A DNA stretch of 49,734 nt from an uncultured Smithella sp. (GCA_964394185.1 CAYMWM010000008.1:1-49734), one strand, 5' to 3'; shown: positions 17,089 through 26,700, counted from the stretch's first letter. Program-made: numbers and translations. The notes: a model not told the origin generated them from the sequence alone.

Positions 17089-17304
17089 ATGTCAAAAGAA
17101 AAAAAAGAAATTGCACCAAGATTATTAGGTATTGACCAAACGGCGGTTTATCTGGGAATTGCTGCTAAGACGATTCGGAATCGCATTGGATTGAAAGCGA
17201 AAAATCCTTTCCCTGTAAAACCAAAACGTATTGGTGGAAGAGTTCTATTCGATAAAAAAGAGCTAGACCTGTTTATCGATTCTCTGACTGCCGACAATAA
17301 TTAA
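17089..17304 (+). CDS. AlpA/excisionase-type HTH DNA-binding protein
   Basis: LLGIDQTAVYLGIAAKTIRNRI ... RIGGRVLFDKKELDLFI resembles MerR/AlpA-type excisionases. Directly precedes the integrase. Start set at the ATG with AAGGA 8 nt upstream. Confidence 0.7.
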   Translation: MSKEKKEIAPRLLGIDQTAVYLGIAAKTIRNRIGLKAKNPFPVKPKRIGGRVLFDKKELDLFIDSLTADNN

Positions 17305-17327
17305 AATAAGAAAGGAGGATAAAATGT

Positions 17328-18488
17328 ATGTCGATTTTGGCGGAATGCCCTGTTTGTCATTTTAAGCAGAACGCAAGTAATCGCTTATGCACCTGTGGCG
17401 AAGATCTTGTCAAAGCTAAAAGATCAAACAGGGTCAGATTTTGGATTAGTTATCGGCTTCCTGGCGGGAAACAAAAACGAGAGTCTGTGGGTTTTTCCAT
17501 TAAGGAAGCCCAGGATGCGGAAGGTAAGCGCCGGAGCCAGAAACGTGAAAACAGAATATTTGACGTTAAACCTGAAGCAAATATGACATTTAATGAATTG
17601 ACAAAATGGTATCTGAGTCTGGAGGGTGTGAAAGCGCTGGCAAGATACTATATTCTTAAAATTAATTTAAAGTCATTTAATGAAGAGTTTGGGAATCGAA
17701 TCGTCAATACTTTGAAAAAAGTTGACCTTGAAAATTATAAGGCAAAGCGAAAAAAAGAGGGACAATCTGATTCATACATTTATCAACAGGTGTCCATGGC
17801 GAGGACAATGATCAATAAAGCATTTGATAATGACATGGTCGGCGGAGATACAATAAAAGTTTTTAGGAAGTTAAAAAAATTACTTAAAATTAAAGAAAAC
17901 GCACGTGACAGGGTTCTTTCTTCTGACGAGTTTCATGGTCTGATGGCGGCACTTCCCCCTCATACGAAGGCAATCGTTGCAACTGGATATTATACAGGTA
18001 TGAGAAAAAGCGAGGTATTAAAATTGACTTGGGATAAAGTTAACCTGAAAGATAGGGTTATTAAACTTGATGCCGCCGATACAAAAGACAGAGAGAAGCG
18101 AACTATTCCAATTTGTAATGCATTGTTCGAAATAATTTCGAGAATTCCCAGGAATCTTCATGATAACCATGTTTTTCTCTATAATGGGAAACCAGTTAAA
18201 GATATAAGGAAAGCTCTATCTAGAGCTTGTCGAGATGCTGGTATTCCTTATGGTAGAGAAACAAAAGATGGATTTGTCTTCCACGATTCGCGACACTGTT
18301 TTAACACTAATATGCGAAAAGCCGGAGTATCCGAGTCGGTAATAATGAAAATTACCGGTCACTCAACGCGGGAAATGTTTATACGATATGATACCGTTGA
18401 TACTTCAGACAAACGTAATGCTGTTGAACAAATGGAAGGTTTTTTGAAAAGTGTTGACCAAAACGTTGACCAAGTGTCCAAAAAATGA
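17328..18488 (+). CDS. tyrosine recombinase / phage-type integrase
   Basis: Catalytic residues in context: TGMRKSE (Arg), HDSRHCF (His-x-x-Arg), GHSTREMFIRYD (His...Tyr). N-terminal Cys4 ribbon (CPVCHF...CTCGEDL). AGGAGG SD. Confidence 0.92.
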   Translation: MSILAECPVCHFKQNASNRLCTCGEDLVKAKRSNRVRFWISYRLPGGKQKRESVGFSIKEAQDAEGKRRSQKRENRIFDVKPEANMTFNELTKWYLSLEGVKALARYYILKINLKSFNEEFGNRIVNTLKKVDLENYKAKRKKEGQSDSYIYQQVSMARTMINKAFDNDMVGGDTIKVFRKLKKLLKIKENARDRVLSSDEFHGLMAALPPHTKAIVATGYYTGMRKSEVLKLTWDKVNLKDRVIKLDAADTKDREKRTIPICNALFEIISRIPRNLHDNHVFLYNGKPVKDIRKALSRACRDAGIPYGRETKDGFVFHDSRHCFNTNMRKAGVSESVIMKITGHSTREMFIRYDTVDTSDKRNAVEQMEGFLKSVDQNVDQVSKK

Positions 18489-18532
18489 AAAAGGAGCTAA
18501 CTGATGAATCAGCTAACCCCTTGTATTCGTTA

Positions 18533-18618
18533 TGGTGCCGAAGCCGAGACTTGAACTCGGACGGCTTGTGGCCACTACCCCCTCAAGATAGCGTGTCTAC
18601 CAGTTCCACCACTTCGGC
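18533..18618 (-). tRNA. tRNA-Leu (anticodon GAG), CCA encoded
   Basis: Hand-folded cloverleaf. Acceptor GCCGAAG/CTTCGGC, D stem GTG/CAC, anticodon stem CTATC/GGTAG with loop TTGAGGG, long variable arm, T stem CCGAG/CTCGG with TTCAAGT loop, 3' ACCA. Confidence 0.93.
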
Positions 18619-18704
18619 ATCAAAAAATATTTGTATTCACTCGGCCTTTTAATCAGTATTTATCTTTCCATGCATAGCCGATTGTCAACATTAAAGAACC
18701 CTGA

Positions 18705-19079
18705 TTACTTGCTGGCCGGTGCGGGCGGTGCGACTGGTTTTGCAGGTGCGGCAGGTGTTATGGGATTTTGTCCAACATCAACGGCATTCACCGGAATTTT
18801 TTGTTCAGCGGCAACAGGCGCTTTATGATCAATTAAAGAGCCGCCCGAACTCTGGTGATTTGCCATATAGGTAAGTATCAGAGATGTAAGCATAAAAACT
18901 ATTGCTACACCGGCGGTTAACTTTCCTAAAAATGTGCCGGCTCCGGAAGAGCCAAAGACGGTTTGACTGGAACCGCCGAATGCCGCACCCATGTTGGCGC
19001 CTTTGCCTGCCTGCAGGAGCACAATCGTTATTAAAACCAGGCAAACTAAAACATGCAAAATAATCAATAATGTATACAT
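18705..19079 (-). CDS. secG: preprotein translocase subunit SecG
   Basis: MYTLLIILHVLVCLVLITIVLLQAGKGANMGAAFGGSSQTVFGSSGAGTFL is a typical SecG sequence. A tRNA-Leu(GAG) lies downstream, as in the E. coli secG-leuU arrangement. Confidence 0.9.
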   Translation of the reverse strand: MYTLLIILHVLVCLVLITIVLLQAGKGANMGAAFGGSSQTVFGSSGAGTFLGKLTAGVAIVFMLTSLILTYMANHQSSGGSLIDHKAPVAAEQKIPVNAVDVGQNPITPAAPAKPVAPPAPASK

Positions 19080-19193
19080 AAATATTGTCTCTTAATAACA
19101 AATTTATTTTTTAACCAGCGGACAATACCAAAACACTATACGCTAGTCAACTTTTTTCTTTCAGCCATTATTTTGTTAATAAATCTTTTAAAT

Positions 19194-20087
19194 CTATACT
19201 TTTACGTATTTGGCTTTATCCCTAATAATCTTCCTCTGTCCCTCCAAATGTTCGATATGCTTGCTAATCAAAGCGCGTTCATTAAATTCGAAAAATTCTT
19301 TTGGCTCCCTCGGTTTTCCATAAATCAGCCAGGCAGAGACTATTTCGTCGAGCGTTTTAGGCTTGTCCAGAAAGTTAAGAATCCTGTTTTCGCGCTGATA
19401 AATAACATTTTCGTAATTATTCCAAAGCGTTTCCGGATTTTCCTGAAAAAGTCCGGTATTGTGGGATGCAATCCATGTGCGGGCGGGAATAATCTTAAGT
19501 TTATGGATGGATGCAATGGTTTGTTCGATGCTGGAATAAACATCCCCGTACCACGGGCCAAAAGATGTTAAATCGTAATCCCCCAGAAAAAGAATTCCTT
19601 CACTGGGGAAAAAGAAGGAGAGGTGCCCCGGCGTGTGCCCCGGCGTGGCAATGACCTGAACATCGAGATTTCCCAGATTAATGGTTTCTTCATCTTTAAT
19701 AAAGAGAACCTTATTTTGGGGTTGATAATTAAAATTCTCCAGCATTTCTTTTTCCCAAAGCTCCCGGAAAATCCCCTCCTTAAGACCATACCAGTCCAGA
19801 AAAATATTTATATCAGTCAGCGGCGGGAAATCCCGTTCGGAGATTCTCAGCGTGCAATCGGCAAAAAGATTGATATAGCGCATATGATCTTCATGCCAGT
19901 GAGATAACCATACCTCTTTAACACCATCCTTCTGTTTTAGTTCGACGAGTTTTGCCTGGCTGCATGATGGATCAATGATGACGCGTGAATTATCTCCCTC
20001 GAGATACAAGGAATGATTGAAGGGATATTTACCGCCGTTATCCCCGCAAATGAATCGTATCCGTCCGAACTGAACATTCATAATCAA
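19194..20087 (-). CDS. MBL-fold metallo-hydrolase
   Basis: HxHxDH motif (SHWHEDH) and downstream His (TPGHTPGH). Confidence 0.85.
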   Translation of the reverse strand: MIMNVQFGRIRFICGDNGGKYPFNHSLYLEGDNSRVIIDPSCSQAKLVELKQKDGVKEVWLSHWHEDHMRYINLFADCTLRISERDFPPLTDINIFLDWYGLKEGIFRELWEKEMLENFNYQPQNKVLFIKDEETINLGNLDVQVIATPGHTPGHLSFFFPSEGILFLGDYDLTSFGPWYGDVYSSIEQTIASIHKLKIIPARTWIASHNTGLFQENPETLWNNYENVIYQRENRILNFLDKPKTLDEIVSAWLIYGKPREPKEFFEFNERALISKHIEHLEGQRKIIRDKAKYVKV

Positions 20088-20102
20088 TCAACTTCCATAT
20101 TG

Positions 20103-20759
20103 TTAACGGCTCAAAGTAACGCCAATCCGGTCACAATATTTATTTACCGGGCACTGACTGCAAAGCGGGGAAACCGGTTTGCATGTCTTGCGACCGAAGG
20201 CAACCATTATCGTGTTGTAAATAATCCAATGCCGTATCGGCAGTTTTTTGCGCAGGGCAAATTCCGTCTCGTCGGGCGTCTTGGTTTTGACGTACCCCAG
20301 CCGGTTAGAGATTCTGTGAACATGCGTGTCAACGCAAATAGCGTCCTTCCCGTAGGCAAGCGAAACAACCAGATTGGCGGTTTTGCGTCCCACGCCCTTA
20401 ATACTCAGTAAATCATCGATGTTAACCGGCACTTTGGATGAAAAGCGTCCGATTAACTCGCGGCTGGCATGATGAATGTTTTTTGCCTTCACGCGGTAAA
20501 AGCCGACCGGATAAATGGCCTTCGCGATTTTATCCAAAGGAATCTTTAGCATTTCTTCCGGAGTGGATGCCAGTTCAAAAAGTCTGTCCGTTGCCACCGC
20601 CGTTACCTCATCCTTTGTCCGCAAACTCAAAAGCGTGGAGATTAAAATGACGAAAGGATCACGTTGATTTTCCGCCAGATGAGAAACAATCGGCAGGGTT
20701 CCCACTTCCAGATTCTTTTTCAATATTTTGATGACATTGTTAATATGGCTGTCTTTCAT
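20103..20759 (-). CDS. nth: endonuclease III (DNA glycosylase/AP lyase)
   Basis: HhH-GPD (LLSIKGVGRKTANLV), VDTHVHRISNRLG, and a C-terminal C-x6-C-x2-C-x5-C [4Fe-4S] cluster loop. Confidence 0.92.
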   Translation of the reverse strand: MKDSHINNVIKILKKNLEVGTLPIVSHLAENQRDPFVILISTLLSLRTKDEVTAVATDRLFELASTPEEMLKIPLDKIAKAIYPVGFYRVKAKNIHHASRELIGRFSSKVPVNIDDLLSIKGVGRKTANLVVSLAYGKDAICVDTHVHRISNRLGYVKTKTPDETEFALRKKLPIRHWIIYNTIMVAFGRKTCKPVSPLCSQCPVNKYCDRIGVTLSR

Positions 20760-20889
20760 AAAATATCACTTTTCTTATATGATACGGGATTTTAGCAAAA
20801 AGCAGGTTGTTCCCGCAAAATAGGATTCTTTATTAATATTTTTAGTATTTCTGGTCAAGCTGGGAATGATAGTATGCGCCAAATTTCCT

Positions 20890-20919
20890 TTGACATGCAA
20901 TGTTTCCATGTCCTATACT
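20890..20919 (+). promoter_or_regulatory. candidate sigma-70 promoter for the sigma-54 activator gene
   Basis: TTGACA (20890-20895), 18-nt spacer, TATACT (20914-20919). Confidence 0.4.
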
Positions 20920-20975
20920 ACCAGCCACCCAAATAAGATGTGACTTTCTGCATTGGTATAATACATGAGGTTCGC

Positions 20976-23063
20976 ATGGTGGTAAAAAATGAACAGCCGC
21001 CCATTGATGATCTGTTAGAGATCGAACGCAGAAACGGTGAAATTCTCATCAGCCGCCTCAGACTGGTCATCCTTATAGGCTTTGTCCCCGTATTATATCT
21101 CCTGCGTTTTTTTACCGGTTATATCAGCCTGGTCTTTATTCCTCTGGTAGTCAGTAAATGGGTGCTCATGAGCGCCGCAGCCTATCTGGTTTATTATTTT
21201 CTGCAACGCGGTTATTATCGCCCTTTCATCGGATATTTTACGATGATGCTGGATTTTACCTTTATTACGGTCAGTGTTATCATGTTATCCTTCTATAAGA
21301 GCATGCCCACCGGCGCCATGAATGACCCTGTGTTTATTTTATACTACCTCGTTGGGATTTCGAGCGTTTTGCGCTACCATTATGAATATGTGATTTTCAG
21401 CATCGCTACCGGTATTGCCATCATTGCATCACTTGCCGCCTTTGATATGCATTATTTTCACATTCCACTTGATTCTGCCGTTTTGATTGACCGTGTCGCT
21501 GCCTTTGTCTTTTTTACTTTAATGAGTATTTCCTTCTCCAAACTTATCAAGGAATCCATCGCGCGCGGATACAGCATCATGGAACGTCACTTGCGCGTGA
21601 TTGACGCTATTTTGGACATTGGCCGCAAAATTGCCTCGCATGGTGAACTTAAACGTTCATTGAAGAACATCACCATCAAGGCAAAGGACCTCATGCAATG
21701 TGATATCAGCTGGATTTTGCTTTTTGATGAATCATCGCAGAAAGTGACTTGCGTATCGGATGTTGAGCTTCCCCAACCATTCGAAAATCAGGAACTGATC
21801 TACGCCGCCGTATCAAAAACACTGCCGGCGCTTGCAGCAAAATCCGGACTGTCTCTGCAGGGTAAACCGGTGATTAATCTGACAGGAACCCCTATCAAAA
21901 CAGATCAAGGAATCGCCGGGGCTCTCCTTATGGCGCGCATTAATGATCGTCCCGGCTTTGCCCATGACGATACCCTGCTGGAAATGCTTGCTGAACAGGC
22001 TTCGATCTGCATAGGAAACTCACGTTTGTTGCAGCAGTTAAAAAAGGAAACAGTGTATCTTTATCAGCAGCTAGACGATCTTTCCTGTTTTGAAGACATT
22101 ATCGGTTCGAGCGCGCGCATGCAGGAGATTTTTGCCCTCATCAGCAAAGTTGCCGCAACGGACATGCCCGTCTTTATTTCAGGTGAAAGCGGAACCGGCA
22201 AAGAACTTGTCGCGCAGGCGCTTCATAATCTCAGCCGCCGAAAAAACGGTCCCTTCATCAAGATAAATTGTGCGGCAATTCCTTCGGAACTGCTGGAGAG
22301 CGAGCTTTTCGGCTATGAAAAGGGAGCTTTTACCGGCGCCGTAAGATCAAAGAAGGGCCGTTTTGAACTGGCGGATGGCGGCACCATTTTTCTTGATGAA
22401 ATCGGCGACATGGATATCGGTTTGCAGGGTAAGTTACTGCGCATTTTGCAGGGACAGGAGTTCGAGCGTGTCGGCAGTGAGATGTCGCGAAAGGTGGATG
22501 TTCGAATCATCACCGCCACCAACCAAAATCTGGAAGTAATGATTGCCAGAGGGACGTTCCGCGAAGATCTTTTCTACCGGATTAACACGCTACCGATTCA
22601 TATGCCTCCATTAAGAGAACGTCGTGAAGATATTCCGTTATTGGTGCGGCATTTCCTGAAACAACACGCCGAGGGCAAAAACATTGAGTTGACCGGTTCA
22701 GCCATGGAATACTTAAGTCAGAAGGAATGGAAAGGCAATGTTCGGGAACTTGAAAATCTGCTCAAAAGAATCATCATCATCATCGATAAAGAAATTGTTA
22801 CTGAAAATGATATCCGTTCAATCGATACGCAGGAAAAAGCACCGGTTACCAAAGACAATGTCGCTGTACTGAAGGAACATATCAGCATGATGGTCAAAAA
22901 TTCCTGCACGGTTTCGGCGGAACTGGAACGAATCGAGCGGGAATTCATTACCGAAGCTTTGCGATTATCGAGCGGCAATATGCGCAAGGCTGCTTCTCAT
23001 CTGGGCATACCAAAATCTACACTTTTCAATAAGATTAATAAATACGATATTAAGATAGAATAA
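20976..23063 (+). CDS. sigma-54-dependent transcriptional activator with polytopic membrane N-terminus and GAF-like sensor region
   Basis: AAA+ Walker A (GESGTGKE), GAFTGA loop (EKGAFTGAV), Walker B (FLDEIGDM), C-terminal Fis-type HTH (RKAASHLGIPKSTLFNKINKY). About six hydrophobic helices in the first 200 aa. Start set at the ATG at 20976, which has GAGG upstream. Confidence 0.9.
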   Translation: MVVKNEQPPIDDLLEIERRNGEILISRLRLVILIGFVPVLYLLRFFTGYISLVFIPLVVSKWVLMSAAAYLVYYFLQRGYYRPFIGYFTMMLDFTFITVSVIMLSFYKSMPTGAMNDPVFILYYLVGISSVLRYHYEYVIFSIATGIAIIASLAAFDMHYFHIPLDSAVLIDRVAAFVFFTLMSISFSKLIKESIARGYSIMERHLRVIDAILDIGRKIASHGELKRSLKNITIKAKDLMQCDISWILLFDESSQKVTCVSDVELPQPFENQELIYAAVSKTLPALAAKSGLSLQGKPVINLTGTPIKTDQGIAGALLMARINDRPGFAHDDTLLEMLAEQASICIGNSRLLQQLKKETVYLYQQLDDLSCFEDIIGSSARMQEIFALISKVAATDMPVFISGESGTGKELVAQALHNLSRRKNGPFIKINCAAIPSELLESELFGYEKGAFTGAVRSKKGRFELADGGTIFLDEIGDMDIGLQGKLLRILQGQEFERVGSEMSRKVDVRIITATNQNLEVMIARGTFREDLFYRINTLPIHMPPLRERREDIPLLVRHFLKQHAEGKNIELTGSAMEYLSQKEWKGNVRELENLLKRIIIIIDKEIVTENDIRSIDTQEKAPVTKDNVAVLKEHISMMVKNSCTVSAELERIEREFITEALRLSSGNMRKAASHLGIPKSTLFNKINKYDIKIE

Positions 23064-23098
23064 GCGTCCTCTTTCCCCGGATTTTTTCTTAAAAAATC

Positions 23099-23114
23099 GT
23101 CCCATATTTGGGAC
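23099..23114. promoter_or_regulatory. perfect palindrome, candidate enhancer (UAS) for the adjacent activator
   Basis: GTCCCA-TATT-TGGGAC, about 165 nt upstream of the -24/-12 element. Confidence 0.4.
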
Positions 23115-23276
23115 AAATATTTCACATTCGGGATATATCAGGCTTAATTTCTTTCCTGTTGATAGATATCATAAGTTACTTATAAAAATATTATATTTTT
23201 CTTCTCGTCGTATAATATTGTATTTATTAGTCTTTTGTATATTGATTGCTGTGATTTTACCTGTCTGCAATGATAT

Positions 23277-23293
23277 AGGCATGTATCGTGCAG
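23277..23293 (+). promoter_or_regulatory. candidate sigma-54 (-24/-12) promoter
   Basis: aGGCAtG-N4-gTGCA with the correct GG-to-GC spacing. Lies about 115 nt upstream of the ATG at 23406. Confidence 0.5.
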
Positions 23294-23405
23294 AAAAATA
23301 CGACAAATATACACAACAGATTGCCCATACGAGTACTTAAAAGCGTATTTTTCGCTTATTAATTTCCAGATATTTATTAAAATATAAATAAAGGAGGGTG
23401 TTTTA

Positions 23406-24251
23406 ATGGTTCAGGTCGATATTATTTGGGGATATGCGTTTGGAGCAGGTTTTGCAGCATGTGCTGCGCGTCAGCTGGACAAAGCAGAAAAACCTTTTGT
23501 TAACAAATGGTATACGTTTACTTTGCTTTTCCTTTCCACTTTTTTTGCACCATCAGGATTATACCTTCTCTGGCAGTTTGTGCAGTGGGAGACCATGCAG
23601 GTGGCTACAACTTTTACGGATATACCCGCGTGGCTTGTCTGCGGCTTTGCGGTGACCAATGTCACCCAAGGAATTCTTGGATATTGGGTAACCTATAAAT
23701 TTATTAAGAAAAAGAATTACTATGCCGCCCATGCCAACTGGATGTGGGCATGGATATTATTCTGGTTCGTCCTGGTCTGCGGTTGGGACTGCACCGGATA
23801 CCAGCGTTTTCTCTATGACGCATCCGTACATGGCGGCGTTCTCTGGTCGCCCGGCAATCATATGGGTATCAATTTCTTCTGGAAAAGCAATGTATGGTGG
23901 ACACTGGTTGTTATGGCAATGTTCTTCGCTCCCATGCTGATTTACTCCGTCCTTAATTTCATCATTAAAGGCGCCAAAGAGGACCCCGCGATCAAAGCCG
24001 ATGAAATTCCCGGTCCCATTACTTTATTGTTAACATCTTTTGGCGCGCAGTGGGTTGCCTGCCTTGGTCTGGCCATCGCGGCGGCGCTTATGGTCATGGG
24101 CCTGCGTGATTTAACCGGCAGCATCCTTTTAGGTTATCTCATCGGCGTTCCGCTCTTTATCGTACTGGCGCAGCTTCTTCTCTTCAGACGCGGCATGCCC
24201 ATGCACATGCTAGCCAAGCAATTGTATATTAAAGAACCCGGCGAAGCCTAA
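23406..24251 (+). CDS. Trp-rich polytopic membrane protein, family not recognised
   Basis: AGGAGG SD. About 8 hydrophobic segments. Followed by a strong terminator. Confidence 0.7.
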   Translation: MVQVDIIWGYAFGAGFAACAARQLDKAEKPFVNKWYTFTLLFLSTFFAPSGLYLLWQFVQWETMQVATTFTDIPAWLVCGFAVTNVTQGILGYWVTYKFIKKKNYYAAHANWMWAWILFWFVLVCGWDCTGYQRFLYDASVHGGVLWSPGNHMGINFFWKSNVWWTLVVMAMFFAPMLIYSVLNFIIKGAKEDPAIKADEIPGPITLLLTSFGAQWVACLGLAIAAALMVMGLRDLTGSILLGYLIGVPLFIVLAQLLLFRRGMPMHMLAKQLYIKEPGEA

Positions 24252-24266
24252 GATATTGAGTTTTAT

Positions 24267-24309
24267 GAGAGCGCCTTTGCCGTTAAAGTAAAGGCGCTCT
24301 CATTTTTTT
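24267..24309 (+). terminator. rho-independent terminator
   Basis: GAGAGCGCCTTT (24267-24278) pairs with AAAGGCGCTCTC (24290-24301), followed by a T run. Confidence 0.8.
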
Positions 24310-24368
24310 GAAGTCGATATTGGACTGATATTGTAGATAAATAGAGTATTTTAAAAAGCGTGAACTTT

Positions 24369-25136
24369 TTAAAAACTAAACATTGGTTCGTTGGCAACTG
24401 ATTTTATCAATATTTCGGCTGATTTTTCTTGCGCGGATTTGCCGCTGACAGCGAGCCATACGCTTCCTTCCGCTCCGCAGACTCCGCCTGCCGCAACCAG
24501 TGACGCCTGCGCGCCGGTAAGCAGAGCGATGGCGTCAAGTTCTGTAAAAATTTCCCCGGCTACGGGAAAAAGTCTGGGGCCCTTCATTCCCGGCTCGTTC
24601 ATCCTTGCTGCGAGCTCATCCAGATTTTCATAAATACGTTTTTCCAGCCCGACCGGTAGAATCAGCCGTACCCGCCTGCCCACCGAAACAGGCAGGGACG
24701 CGCCGATGGTGCCAGCTTTGGGCGCGCCAATCAATACAGCCGCCTTTCTCTGAATCAAATTGACTGCATTGGCTCCTTTAATGATAATGTCACCTTCCCT
24801 GAGTTCTTCAATAACATCAAATATCGTTTTTCCTTTTTGAAAAACCCCTTTCTTGATGACCACATCGCCGGGGAATTTACTTTCATCATAATATCTTCCC
24901 TTGGAAATTCCTGACTGCGCCGGGGGAAGAATAATTCCGCGGTGAAAACGGTTGCGCCTGAAATCTTTTTCCTGTTTCAATTTGGTAAGAATTTCTTCCG
25001 CGACATAGCCATTGGTCGTTCCGGCTATAATGACGACAGTGTTTTGTTTAAGCGCTTTTACAACCGACGCGTGTTTGGTCATCGCTTTTCCAATAAGGCG
25101 TTTACCAGCCGCCGGTGTCAGGACAAATTGTTTCAT
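24369..25136 (-). CDS. conserved-looking hypothetical protein (255 aa)
   Basis: Long ORF with globular alpha/beta-like composition. No motif recognised. Confidence 0.65.
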   Translation of the reverse strand: MKQFVLTPAAGKRLIGKAMTKHASVVKALKQNTVVIIAGTTNGYVAEEILTKLKQEKDFRRNRFHRGIILPPAQSGISKGRYYDESKFPGDVVIKKGVFQKGKTIFDVIEELREGDIIIKGANAVNLIQRKAAVLIGAPKAGTIGASLPVSVGRRVRLILPVGLEKRIYENLDELAARMNEPGMKGPRLFPVAGEIFTELDAIALLTGAQASLVAAGGVCGAEGSVWLAVSGKSAQEKSAEILIKSVANEPMFSF

Positions 25137-25164
25137 ATCTGTTTCTCCCTATTCATCATAAGAA

Positions 25165-26700
25165 TTACTGCTTTTGTTCGGAGTCTTTGTTATTAGTTTC
25201 TTCCTTTAATTTAGCTATTACCCTTGTGACATCCTTTCTGTCTGAATAGCTGTTCAAAATTTTGTCACACCACCCTATAGCCTCTTTATCCCTGCCTGCC
25301 AATAATAATGACCGTGGTATTTTCTCTAATGGTCTGGCCATCCAGTTTGTTGGATCTTTTTCGTAAGCAAGAATATAATATCGAGCGGCAGCATTCCAAT
25401 CCTTCTTTTTAAAGTAAAACTGACCGAGAGAAAAAAGAAAATCGCTATTGCCTGAAAGTTCAGATTCAGCTCTTTTATAATAATTTTCAGCATTATCAAA
25501 ACGATCAGTCATTGCACAGGCATCGGCTAACAACCATGTCATTGACGCCGGGGAAAGAGCAAATAGAATCGCTACGGAACATAATGTCCCGATATTAAAA
25601 AACAGTGCGGCATAAATCTTAGCAGACGGGTTTCTCGAAGCACCCGAAAATCTGCCCGCCAATAACTTTATTGTCCAGATGAAAGGAAAAAAGCTAAACG
25701 GTATAATTAAAAGTGGATATATCCATGTTGAGGGTATTGTTGGTGCGTAGAACGAAAGGATTAGTAATCCCGCTAGTGTCAAAATAATTCCGTTGCAGAT
25801 AAGAAAAACAACCATGAAATCAGCTTTAGCCGCTTTGACCGGATAATTAAGTATCTTGATCAAGCCGGGGTCAACTGCGGCGTTTTTTGCGTAGGCCAAT
25901 AAGAACCTGACACATTCTTTATATATTTCGTTTGTTGACGACTGGATTTGCAGGATCTGTTTTGACGAGCCGCTGGTATATTCAACGATGACAGGCCCGT
26001 ATCCGGCAATCACATATCCCGTAGTCTTGAGACTTACAATATTGTCCCAAGTGATTATATTTTTATTGGATAGCACCATAATCCCTTGGGTGCTCAATTC
26101 TATATTTTTGTATTTCATCGTCACGGTTGATAGGGGTTTGAACTGGCACAGTCTATTTTCCAATTCTTTCGAGCTTTTTTGAGGAATAATTTTTTTCAGG
26201 ATAGAAAATAATTCACTGCCTTTAGTAAACTGCTTTGCGCTGATAATCAGTTCTCTTATAGAGCTGTCACTAGCATTGTAGACTATTTTAATTTTTTCAT
26301 CATATTTCCCGGCACGAGTAGAGGTGCTATCCTCTACCAAACCATCGATACGTTCCCATTCTAGGAATATTTTTTTGCCCAAGGGATTGTAACTCATCCC
26401 TCTGTTGGATAGTATTACCGCCGGTTTCATTGCCTTCAAAAAGAACCATATGCAAAGTGCCATCAGACCAATAAAAAAAACAGACAGGACAATGATACCT
26501 TCTACAGGCATTTGTCTGATATTAAATGGTAAACAAAAAACTATCAACAAAAGTGATAATGGCATAACGGCTAAGGCAATTCTGACCTGAGTTGAATATG
26601 AAAACGACCTGATTTCGTCATCATTAAGAAATACGGAAGACACGTTTTTATGAGGTAAATTATTACCGGAAGAACGAGCTGAATCATCTTCTATATTCAT
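25165..26700 (-). CDS. membrane protein with C-terminal TPR-like repeats
   Basis: Hydrophobic helices near the N-terminus and in the middle. TPR-like C-terminus (AENYYKRAE...LGQFYFKKKDWNAAARYYILAYEKDP). Confidence 0.7.
   Translation of the reverse strand: MNIEDDSARSSGNNLPHKNVSSVFLNDDEIRSFSYSTQVRIALAVMPLSLLLIVFCLPFNIRQMPVEGIIVLSVFFIGLMALCIWFFLKAMKPAVILSNRGMSYNPLGKKIFLEWERIDGLVEDSTSTRAGKYDEKIKIVYNASDSSIRELIISAKQFTKGSELFSILKKIIPQKSSKELENRLCQFKPLSTVTMKYKNIELSTQGIMVLSNKNIITWDNIVSLKTTGYVIAGYGPVIVEYTSGSSKQILQIQSSTNEIYKECVRFLLAYAKNAAVDPGLIKILNYPVKAAKADFMVVFLICNGIILTLAGLLILSFYAPTIPSTWIYPLLIIPFSFFPFIWTIKLLAGRFSGASRNPSAKIYAALFFNIGTLCSVAILFALSPASMTWLLADACAMTDRFDNAENYYKRAESELSGNSDFLFSLGQFYFKKKDWNAAARYYILAYEKDPTNWMARPLEKIPRSLLLAGRDKEAIGWCDKILNSYSDRKDVTRVIAKLKEETNNKDSEQKQ

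Noticed and set aside
18631-19101. ORFs of 65 aa (+) and 90 aa (-) overlapping secG.
   Set aside because: The secG frame gives a textbook SecG sequence. The others are alternate-frame artefacts.
20940-20975. GTG start at 20940 for the sigma-54 activator, as in the ORF track.
   Set aside because: The extension has no SD, whereas the ATG at 20976 does (GAGG), and a TATAAT-like hexamer sits inside the extension. The first 12 residues add nothing recognisable.
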